64,000 nucleotides of DNA. Source: Callorhinchus milii. Its lineage: Eukaryota. The translations under genes were made by a program, and so were the position numbers. Below, one piece after another: positions 13,400 through 23,959 of the stretch (positions are counted from its first letter, which is position 1; the number at the start of each line of letters is the position of its first letter). The stretch covers positions 115,756,001 through 115,820,000 of the forward strand of contig NW_024704742.1 in the NCBI RefSeq assembly GCF_018977255.1. The letters run 5' to 3'. A model generated the notes under the pieces. It had not been told where the DNA came from, searched no databases, and was given only the letters and a program-made list of their open reading frames with translations.

Positions 13400-14793
13400 G
13401 GCTTTATCTGACCACTATTACTGGTTATCGTGTCATCTTTTTAACCTTCAGACCCATCTCAAACTGCCTTCCTAGCCAGAGTTTTGGGATCGCATTGTTG
13501 CAAATCATTGTCACTCACACCTCTCCCTCCACCCCCTACAGTCTGGTTTTCGCCCTGCCCACAGTACAGAGATTATGCTCATCAACATAGTAAATGACAG
13601 CCTCTCTCTCTGACAGCCTCCTTGTTCTGGACCTCTCCACTGCATTTGACACAGTCAATCACGCCATCCTCCTCCACCGCCTCTCATCTACCTTAGTGGG
13701 ACCGCACTCGCATGGTTCAAGTCCTACCTAACAAACTGGCACTTTAACAAACAATACATCTCGACAAATGTTTTTTCCTCCCACCCCCACCCAGTCACTT
13801 GTGGGGTACCACAAGGCTCCATCCTTGGCCCCCTTCTTTTCCTCATCTAAATGCTCCTTCTCAGCAATGTCATCCACAGACATGGAGTTAACTTCCACAT
13901 ATATGTGGATGACACCCAAATCTAATTCTCTAGCTGTTGTCCTGTCAGTTTATTTGACAGACATTATTATTGTTATTATTGTTATTATCAAGGTCTGAAT
14001 TAGCGTAAATTTTCTGTAGCTGAATGCAGCAAGGTGGAAGCCATACTCTGGCTCCTGTGAATGTCTTCTTTCCTGGAGATCTGAACTCCTCAACCTCCCC
14101 AGGCTCTCCCTCAGACGCAACGAGCCCATGAGCAACTTATGCGTCAGCTTTCCTTTCTACCACACATCCATTCCCTGACCAGGACTGCTTTTTTCTACCT
14201 CTACCACATTGCCCGCCTCCATCCGTACCTCACAGTTAATGCAGCCAAAACCCTTATTGACGCCTTTGGCACTTCCCAGCTGGACTATTCCAATGCTCAC
14301 CTTGCTAGCCTCCCTAGCTCCACCATACCCAAAATCAAATTAATTCAAAACTCCGCCGCCCGGATGTTCACCTGCACGAACTCCGTACCTCCATCATACC
14401 AGTCCTTGCCAGGCTCCACTGACACCTAATTATCAGACGGATTGATTTCAAGATCCTCTCACTCATTTTAAAATACCTTTATGCCCTTACATCTCCCTAC
14501 CCATCCAAGTTGCTTTCCCCCCACTCCACAACCCACTGCCTCCGCTCGGCTGGCTCCGGCCTCTTTTGCTCCACCTTAGCCGCGCCTTCAGCCTACGCCC
14601 CGAAACTCTGGAGCTCTCTCAATCCCTCCACCTTGCCCCCTCGATCCCAATTTCAAATCTTGCCTGAAAACCTTACTTCTTGATCATGCTTACGGACACC
14701 CCTCCCTCTCCCCCGGCTTGTTGTCAGCCTCTGCCATTGTCAAGCGTTCCGGGACACTGCTCTGTGAAGGACATTATATAAATGCAAGTTGTA
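13400..14793 (+). mobile_element. Decayed L2 LINE (RT through 3' tail)
   Basis: [40 protein letters not shown]...IQNSAAR motifs with frameshifts. Confidence 0.9.
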
Positions 14794-15974
14794 ATCTTGC
14801 TGATGCCTGTACTATAGGCCTTGTGCTTCTCAAACTTGGCAAGTGAGGAAACCTCCAAATAATATGAAGAATATTTGCATCTCACAGTTGGGCAGCTCTG
14901 TCTTTGAGTCTTGCATAGCTTGAGCAGAAATCGCCATTGTTTTATTTTCTGAAATTATTAAAGATAGGTGGCCATAACAAAATAGCAATAAGAATTGTAT
15001 TGAAAAAAATCATGGTCTCTTGGATGCTGATCATCAGGGCTAAAATGCTCAAAGCTGTGGAAGAGACTAGCATTGTTCTCTGGAATGGAGGGATTAGCAG
15101 AAAACCAAAACTTCAACACTGGTAATTGTCCATTTTAATATTAAAATTATGAAGTGCTTAAAGCATTTCTCTCCTGTATAAACTACCAGCTTCTGTTGGT
15201 GTGTCATTGGATACATCAACATAAGCTATTCTCTATTTCTTTCACAGTTGGCTTAAAATAATTATCTATTGTTTCAGGGTAAAGATCAGCAAATATGCTT
15301 TGAATTCTACTTGATAGCTGCCACATGTAATCTTTGTTTTGTGGAATTTCATAAATTCCAGATACCAAACTCACTATTGACATCACTGTTGGGAAAATCA
15401 CCAGTCTGGCACTCTCCTGCCATCTGAAGATCAGGACAAAATATTGTGGATACAAAAGCTTGACACAAATTAGTGACAATTATACTGAACCGACTGAAAA
15501 CAATAGGACATCTCACCTGCATTTGTGAATGTAACGTAACTGACCTCTAATTTTCTGCGAATAATAAGGTAGATGAAGAAAGCATGAACAAGCAAAGACC
15601 ATTTGACCCAGTAAGCTCATTCCTTAGAGGCAATCAAAAATCTTACTCTCTTTGATGAACTATATCACACTCTAATCTGTTAAGGGAATGCTCCATAAAC
15701 AACAACAAGATTACATTTGTATAGCGCCTTTCACATCTCGCCTGCATTTGTGAGAATAATTTAAAAATACTTAAAAATAATACTATTCGTAGCCTCCTTC
15801 AATTCAATTTGAAGCACAGCTGCCAATTGTGCACACCATTATAAATAATAAATAATAATAAATAGGCTGAGCAGAGGGAGCGGACAGGTTGGTAGGGGGT
15901 TAGGAGATCACAGAGGTAGGGTGGATCATTTTAATTACTATAAAGATCGTATATTTGCATTTGATACAGCGCCT

Positions 15975-16180
15975 TTGGCTCTAGAATTCCCTTCTTCACT
16001 CCCTTTGGCTCACTCCCTCTCTTCCTATTTTCAGGTCCCTGCTGAAGACCTTTCTCTTTGACCACGCCTTTGGTCACCTTCCTCCTCATCCCCCTAGATC
16101 GGCACTGGGATCCATTACTGTGAAGCGCTCTGAGATGCCGTCCGGCGTGGAGGGCGCTATATAAATCCCAAGTTGTTGTT
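15975..16180 (+). mobile_element. L2 3' tail fragment
   Basis: ctgaagacctttctctttgaccacgcc...gcgctatataaat...(gtt)n. Confidence 0.7.
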
Positions 16181-16189
16181 ATCATGTCT

Positions 16190-16430
16190 TCGAGATATCT
16201 CAAAGCGCTTTACAGAATATACTGCAAAGCGGATTGACTATATTTGTGGGCGTACAACAGTGTCCCACAAACAGTCGTGGATTGAAGTGATCAATTTTTT
16301 TTAAGGAAATATTACCCCCGGAAAAGCAAGCTGCCAATCGTCTAACATCTGGATTCCTATTTACTGCTAGATAAACAGGCATGTGGAGTAAAGAAACTTG
16401 CCCAACATTTCACCCTACCCGGGAATTGAA
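16190..16430 (-). mobile_element. tRNA-derived SINE, long variant (partial)
   Basis: Matches the SINE body including the ttactgctag..aaacaggc segment; abuts an L2 tail. Confidence 0.75.
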
Positions 16431-17180
16431 CAACAACAGCAACAAAATTACATTTGTATAGCGCCTTTCACATCGAGAGGACGTCACAAGGCGCTCGACA
16501 AACAGTTTTGGACCCGAGCAGGGGGTCGGGGTCAGGGAGGGTGGAGGCGGGAGGGGGGAGCATGGAGATCAAAAGCACGGTCGAAGAGCAGGGTCTTGAG
16601 ATGGGTCTTGAAGGAGGCAAGGGAGGGGGTGGGGTGGAGGGACTGCGGGATGGAGTTCCAGAGGGTGGGGCAGAGTGGCAGAAGGCCCGCCCGCCAATAG
16701 TGGGGCGAGCGAAATGGGGGACAGGCCGGAGCCAGCTGAGTAGAGGGAGTGAGCAGGATGGTAGGGGGTTAGGAGGTCGTAGAGGTAGGGGGGAGCAAGA
16801 CCAGGGAGGGCTTTGAAGGTGAAGACCGGGATCTTGAACTGTATCCTCTGTGTGATGGGAACCCAGTGGAGGCAGGTGAGGATGGGGGTGATAGGGTCAT
16901 GGAGCCTGGTGCAGGAGAGGACATGGGCTGCAGAGTTCTGGATGATCTGCAGCCTATGGAGGGAGGAGTTGGGGAGACTGACAAGCAGGGAGTTTGCGCA
17001 GTCAAGTCTGGATGTTATGGATACGTGTCTGAGGGTTTTGGCGACCTGCGGTGTGAGACAGTGGTGGAGGCGGGCGATGTTGCGGACGTGGAGGAAGGTA
17101 GAGCGGGTCATGGCGCAAATGTAGTGTAGAAAGGATAGTTGAGGGTCAAACAGGACGCCAAGATTCTGGACTGGCTTGGC
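16430..17180 (-). mobile_element. L2 LINE 3' part
   Basis: ORF NLGVLFDPQLSF...RLQIIQNSAAHVL...LHWVPITQRIQFK; (CAA)n tail at 16430. Confidence 0.92.
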
Positions 17181-17747
17181 ACCTGGCTTGAGTGGCAGTA
17201 AGCAGCTACTACTCAAACTGCACATCTCCAAGTGGTGGAACCATTATCAACAACTTGACAGATGTCAAATGACCAACTAGTGACTATCCTTGGGGGAACC
17301 AAACGGAGTCTCCTTGGTGCTGGACTGACTCCAAGGTGACACACTTGGCAATGGAATGTTGTGATTGAGTCAACTCTCTGTGGCAGTCTTGGTAGTCTGC
17401 TCCTGAGACAACAACAACAACAACAACAAGATTACATTTGTACAGCACCTTTCATGTCGGAAGGATGTCAACAACAACAACTTGCACTTATATAGCGCCT
17501 TCTACTCAGGATAGCGTCTCAGAGCGCCTAACAGTGGCGGAGCCTGACTCCAAGCTGGGGGGAGGTGGTCATAAGCATGGTCGAACAGGAAAGTTTTCAG
17601 GCGGGACTTGAAAGAGGTGGGAGCGGGAGCACGGCGAAGGGATTGAGGGAGAGTGTTCCAGAGTTTTGGAATGTAGTGGCTGAAAGCACGACCTCCGAAT
17701 GTGGGCCTGGGCCATTAATGATGACAGAACAGTCACATCGGCATTAC

Positions 17748-18130
17748 TGGAAATAGTTTCTCCTTGTTCACCCTATCAAATCCTTTAATAATTTTGAAAA
17801 CTTCTATTAAATCTTCTCTTAACCTTCTCTGCTCCAAGGAGAATAATCCTAGCTTCTCTAGCCTCTCCTGATAACTGAAGTCCCTCTTTCCTGGTACCAT
17901 CCTGGTAAATCTCCTTTGCACCCTCTCCAATGCCTTGACTTCTTTCCTAAAGTGTGGTGCCCAGAACTGAATACGATACTCAAGCTGAGGCCTAACCAGT
18001 GTTTTATAAAGGTTTATCATAACTTCCTGACTTTTGTATTCTATGCCACTATTTATAAAGCCTAGTATCCTGTATGCTTTTTCAACAGCTTTATCTGCTT
18101 GTCCTGCCATCTTTCTGGGGGGTTTTCTGA
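17748..18130 (-). mobile_element. CR1 LINE RT fragment
   Basis: ORF KAYRILGFINSGIEYKSQEVMINLYKTLVRPQLEY...LGLFSLEQRRLREDLIEVFKI. Confidence 0.92.
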
Positions 18131-19254
18131 CACAAGATGTCATTTACTTTCTGTTTGATTTTTAAATCCCATTGATAGGAAGAAATAAATGTAGAAATTC
18201 TAGAAATCCCCAGTAGGTTAACCACATTTGACAGAGAAAGATAGGTTAACATTTTGGGTGTGACCTTCACCCACAAAATACAGTCTATCCATTTTACAAT
18301 ATATTCTGTGAAGCACTTTGAGTCGTCTCAACAAAGTGATAAGGCGCTATATCAAATGCAAGTATTATTATTGTAATCATCTGAGCAACCAGACATTGAT
18401 GGCTATTGCTACTGTCATTTACTATTCATTAAAGCATTTAAAGAGTTGAGTATCTTCAAAACCACCCAGTAGCACTTTTGTTCACAAATTCTGGAATTAT
18501 CTGCTGAAGCCGTTGAGGCATGAAATACTGCTTATTCTCACAAATATCCTTTACCCTGGTTACAAAGGTGTCTTGCATGTAGAGCTTGATGGGGAGTACT
18601 ACCTTTGGCAACAGCAACTGAACCAGTGTAGGAAAAAATTCCAACACTGCGTGATTTACTGACCCAAGAATGCGGCTTTTTTAAGTTAAATGCCTGAGGA
18701 AATTCAGGTTCAGTGGACAAGTTCTCACTGGCATATGTCAGAAATTATAGCATGTCACATGTTCAATCTGCAGTTGGTACAACTTTACCAATAAAGCTAA
18801 CTGCAGAAATTAACTTCTGTGCAACCAATATATATGGATACCATTCAGTAAATATTCAAGAATCATAATAAATTAGAGTACATATATTGTGTACATTATA
18901 TACAATAGTACATAAATAGTCACAGACTCTGCTGAAAAGTCAACTTTAGGACTATACATGCATTAGTTCAATACAAATATATCCAAGGCAGGATAGTAAG
19001 AATAGAAAATGCATGTTCTCCATGTATGGGTCAGAATATAATACATCTTGCATTTGATACAGTATTTTATCACATCATCAAAACATCTCAAAGAGCTTCA
19101 CAGGATTTACTGTAAAGTGTAATGACTGTATTGGTAGGCAAACACAGCGGCCAATTTGTACACAGTAATGTCCCACAAACAGAAATTAGGTGAATGACCA
19201 ATTTTGTCTATGGGATTGTTGGTCAGGTCTTGCCAAGGGGAAGCTGAAAGAGAA

Positions 19255-19385
19255 CTAGGGATAGTGGTTGACTCATTGGTTACCATATGATAACAGTGCA
19301 AGGCAACAATAAACAATACAAACAGGATGCCGGGCTTTATTGACAAATCTGTTGAGTTCAAATCTCGAGAAGTCATACTTAAGCT
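19255..19385 (+). mobile_element. Old CR1 fragment
   Basis: NRMPGFIDKSVEFKSREVILKL. Confidence 0.65.
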
Positions 19386-20997
19386 AGGAGCAGTGGTGAT
19401 TCAAAGCACAGTAACCAAACATTTAAGTAATTACTGGTTTATTAGTGCTACAGATATTCAGATAATCATATTTATTCATGATTTATTTTCTTATATAAAT
19501 CTGTTAAATCAATGAGGCTTGAAATATAAGTTTACAAATGCCAATTTGTACTGCACTAGGCAAATCAGTTTCATTTTCAACAGGAAAGATACTCAAAAGA
19601 GAAAGGAAGTTCTCAAAGAGTCTCAAACCTCTCATTTATTTCCATATATAATTCCATTGACTCTGGTCAAATGGACCTAGAGTCCTGCCTTCAGTTATAG
19701 TGAGGGGTGCTTCTTAAGTGCAAGTTGTTGGTGGTGGTGGTAGTCACTATTTAATAAGCAAGCTGCCCAAGTCCTAGCGGTAGTGCAGTCAGAGAGATGA
19801 GAATAATCCCCAGTGTTAGAGTGAGTGAGCTATGAGCAACAGTTAGAAAACCCTCTTCATCTGCACCAATCTTATGATCTAAACTGGAGCAGTGGCAATT
19901 AAACGCGCAGTAACAACCAAATGTTTTAACCCATTGTTGGGTTATTAAAGCTACAGATATTCAGATAAAGACATTTATTCATGGTGTATTTACAAGTATA
20001 AATAGCAATTCCATTCTGTGAAAATCTTTAGACTAATCTTAAGCAGCAATGAACTGAATGTGAATTTTGCTGGAGACTGGTTCTTCAAATCATCTTGAGA
20101 AGGTTGATTTGCATAGTATAAAGTATAAATTCATGCAATAAATTTGGACATTGTTCAGAAACAGTCCCTGAAAAAATGAGCCTGTTGATTGCACACGCAA
20201 TTCTTTAATGCCATTTAAAGAAATATTAGTTATTGAAACTGATTAGTGTCACATTAAATAATTCTCTTTGGCCCTGGTCATTGTGATTAGGAGTGAGAAA
20301 TCTATAAAAAGCTCTTTAAAATCATTTTGAATGAATGGATATCTCTTGAATTTTATAATGTTGTTGAAATGATAAAAAAAAGTTTCACAAGATTTTACTG
20401 TGGACAAACATAGCAGTGAATCAGCTTCACAAATTGTTAACCAGGACACTTTGAGAGGTTCCTTTTTCTTTTGAGTATCTTTACTGTTGAAAGTGAAACT
20501 GATTTGCCCAGTGCAGTACAAATTGGTAAACTTATTTGTATTTGCATTTGTAAACTTATATTTCAGGCCTCATTGATTTAACAGAACCATTTGTGTTGGA
20601 TTGTATTTAAGCTGTTTAAAGCTGTTACCAACCTTCCAATATTCCTTCAACTTGGACAATGTGGAGGATCACCATTAAAAATAGATACGAAAGCTGTGAA
20701 CTTGAAGTTGTTAATTAATGCAGAACCTAAAAAAAATCTCTGCAACTCCTGAAACTTAAACTTTGACTAATTGTATGAATGATTTCTTCTGTTTTGAGGG
20801 TCAAATCTGGCTGGTTTAAATAATTAAACCTGGCTTGTCAAGTGTGACAAGCTGGCACCTCAATAATTAAACTGAAGTATGTGTGGCATCCTAATGAATA
20901 TCTAACTGGCTAAACTATGCTTCTTGATGCAAACTTGACTGACCTAGACTATTGTTTGCATTCCGTATGTATTGAAGTCACCTGTATTTGTATTTGT

Positions 20998-21566
20998 GGA
21001 GTCCTGTAGCTCAGTGGTTAGAGCACTCGCCTCGCAAGTGAGAGACCCGAGTTTGATTCCCAGCAGGGCGAAACCTTGGGCAAATTTCCTTACTCCACAC
21101 CCCTGATAATAATCCTTCAAGAAAATAAATAATAAATTGGTCACTTCAATCCATGACTGTTTGTGGAACATTGCTGTGCGCAATTGGCTGCCGTGTTTCA
21201 CCCACAAATATACGGCCAATTCACTTTACAGTATATTCTGTGGAGTCCTGTAGCTCAGTGGTTAGAGCACTCGCTTTGCAAGCGAGAGACCTGAGTTCAA
21301 TTCCAGGCAGGGCGAAACCTTGGGCAAGTTTCCTTACTCCACACGCCTAATAATAATCCCTCCAAAACCCCAAAACAATAATAAATTGGTCATTTTCAAT
21401 CTACGACTGTTTGTGGGACATTGCTGTGCGCAATTGGCTGCCGCGTTCGCCCACAAATATACAGTCAATTCACTTTACAGTGTGTTCTGTGAAGCGCTTT
21501 GGGACGTCCTCCCGACGTGAAAAGCGCTATATCAAATGCAAGGATTATTATTATTATTATTATTAT
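20998..21566 (+). mobile_element. Two tandem tRNA(Ala)-derived Deu-type SINEs (20998-21241 and 21242-21566)
   Basis: Each starts ggagtcctgtagctcagtggttagagcactcgc (A box) with a B-box-like gttcaattcc/gtttgattcc; the second has the full L2-like tail and (TAT)n. Confidence 0.92.
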
Positions 21567-22000
21567 AGAGTCATGGAACCTGGTGTGGGAGAGGACACGG
21601 CTGCAGAGTTCTGGATGATCTGCAGCCTTTGATGGGAGGAGTTGGGGAGGCCGACAAGCAAGGAGTTTTCATAGTCGAGCCTTGATGTAATGAATGCGTG
21701 TATGAAGGTTGCGGTTCCTACTCACAACTACAAATGTTTACAATTATTCAGATCACATAACTTTCTGTGAAGCTGTAGGTCTGCATGGCATGGATGTGGA
21801 TTAGAAAGGATAGTTGAGGGTCAAACAGGATACCAAGGTTCCAGACTGGCTCAGTGAGCTGGAGTGTACATCCTTAGATGGTGATGTTGTCAGTGCCTGA
21901 GGTGCGGAAGCGCTGACGGGAGCCAATCAGGAGAGCCTCGTTCTTGTTGACGTTCAACCGAAAAAAGTTAGCTCTCATCCAGGACTTGATGTCTGACAGG
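21567..22000 (-). mobile_element. L2 fragment containing a 75-bp non-L2 segment (21709-21783)
   Basis: L2 RT C-terminal sequence on both sides of the insert; the same segment occurs at 63096-63170. Confidence 0.85.
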
Positions 22001-23051
22001 TAACGTAAAGTGCACATCGTGGCTTCAAGTGGCTGCTAGCATATGTAGTTTAAGTGTGATTAATGTTTGTTATCTTGTGTTTGTTAATATTGATCATGTT
22101 GTTTAAGATTTAAGGCAGAGGGTTGTGGATTTCATTGAACCTTCAATAAAATTTGTTGTGCTTACTTAACCGTGCTTTCTCGAGCTTTCTGTATAAATCA
22201 AAGAAGGAGGGAATACACAAACGGGTTCAGCCTAGGTCACAGAGGTGTAAAATAAACCTCTGATTGACTGAAGCTTCCCAATTTGTTTTAATTTAAATAG
22301 CAATTGGTAGTTCCTGTTGACGTGGAATAATTCATTAGTCAAGTTACACCTAGTTATAGGGACTTGCATTCATCTGTGATGATTGAACACAAGGCCACCC
22401 AGTACACTCTGCGATGAGGAGCGAGCCATATCGTGGGTGTACACATAGGGGTGTAGAACAATCTCAAAGTTAAGGGACTTCATTTAATTTACTATGAAAT
22501 TAGTAGTAATTTTCATCCCTTTACACAATCCAAATAGGAAAACATCAAGTAACATTTCCGCCCTTGACGTAGAACAACATCTTGGGGTGCTTTACAGTGG
22601 CAGAATTAGATCCAAGAGAAGTGTAATTACATACTGTTGCATTGCATTTTGTGGGAAAAAATAAATAGCAAAACCAGATTGGTTTAATAAATTTCCCTTT
22701 TATACAGCCTGATTTTTCTGCTTATCTGCAATGGAGTGTCTGTTGGAATGTATTTCGGTACATTTTAATATTTGTTGCGGGTGCAGCTGTGGTCAAAGAT
22801 GCAATGTGGCCGGACATTAAAAATACATTTGAAGCCCAAAGTCAACCAAATACTAGTCCACAAATAGCCCGATATTATGCGTTGCCTCCTGTGGGGTAAC
22901 AGAATGGCCAATTTAGGTTGGTGCTTTTGAAACTGTAAGAAACAACAAAGTGCATTTTCACCAACAAAATACACAGTCAATTCACTTACAATATATTCTG
23001 TGAAGCGCTTTGAGACGTCTCAACAATGTGATAAGGCGCTATATCAAATAC

Positions 23052-23850
23052 ATTAGAATATACAGCAAAAAAACGGGCCATTCGGCCCAACTGGTCCATG
23101 CTGGTGTTTATGCTCCACATGAGCCTCTTCCTGCCTTTCCTCAACTGAGCCTTCAAGCATACCCTTCTATTCTTTTCCCCCTCAATTAACTGTCTAGCTT
23201 TCCCTTAAATACATCTATGCTGTTTGCCTCAACAACTCCCACTACTCTGTGTGAAGAAATGTCTTCACTTTGATCCTTCTATTTGATCTATTTGTGACTA
23301 TTTTGTATCGATGGCCCCTGATTTTGGTCTTTCCCCACAAACCTTTCATCATTTTAAAGATCTCTATTAGGTCAACCTTTACCCTCGTCTTTTCAAGAGA
23401 AAAGAGTCCAAGCATGTTCAGCCTTTCCTGATAGGTGTAACCTCTCCGTTCTGGGATTATCCTCTATGGCCCTTCTAAACTGTGGGGACCAGAACTGCGC
23501 ACAGTATTCTAAGTGTGGTCTAACCAAAGTTCTATAGAAATTTACCAAAAACTTCCCTGCTTTTCATTTCTATCCTCTAGACATGAACCCCAGTGCCTGG
23601 TTTGCCTTTTTTTATGGCCTTATTAACCTGCGTTGCTACTTTTAGTGAATTGTGTAGATCCCTTTGCCCCTCTACCCCATTTAGGTTTTAATTTTCCAGT
23701 TCGTACGTGACTTCCTCATTACTTCTACCAAAGTGTACCACCTCACACTTTTCTACGTTGAAATGCATTTGCCATTTAAATGCCCACTCAGCAAGTTTAT
23801 TAATGTCTAATTTGCTGCAGTCCTCCTCTGTACGAACTACTCTCCCCCCA
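23052..23850 (-). mobile_element. CR1 LINE 3' end
   Basis: Reverse-strand LAEWAFKWQMHFNVEKCEVVHFGRSN motif and CR1 3' UTR; similar to the 11300-12050 copy. Confidence 0.9.
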
Positions 23851-23959
23851 TTGCAAGGATTATTATTGTTTGCATAGCAACTCTCATGCCGGGACGATGT
23901 CCCGAGGTGCTGGACCACGAAGGAGAGCTCTTCAAAGGACATTTCCCCTATATTTTTTT

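Larger units (their letters stand above)
12763..20900 (-). pseudogene. Decayed multi-exon OAS-like (2'-5' oligoadenylate synthetase / Pol-beta NTase superfamily) locus with two to three repeated units
   Basis: Minus-strand segments with AG acceptors and mostly GT donors at ~20726-20629, 20483-~20040, ~18800-18450, 15554-15517, 15423-15187, 15079-~14807, 13252-13178 and 13001-12763. Motif remnants: YTGS(VA)VAKG..LPIKL.MQDTFV, PNSDVN, LLKLCKTQRQSC...SSYYLEVSSLAKFE. Stops and frameshifts throughout. Confidence 0.6.

Noticed and set aside
19750..19950. Minus-strand frame ending in a hydrophobic, GPI-signal-like stretch (LTLTLGIILISLTALPLGL)
   Set aside because: The duplicated copy at 19381-19500 supports a different frame; probably an off-frame reading of a pseudo-exon
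21242..21310. tRNA-Ala(TGC)-like sequences (also at 25759, 32933, 37480, 42135)
   Set aside because: These are SINE heads with no proper acceptor stem, each continuing into SINE body and tail
22170..22485. Possible further 5' exons of the minus-strand pseudogene
   Set aside because: Splice-like signals are present but there is no recognisable motif or internal paralogy to support them
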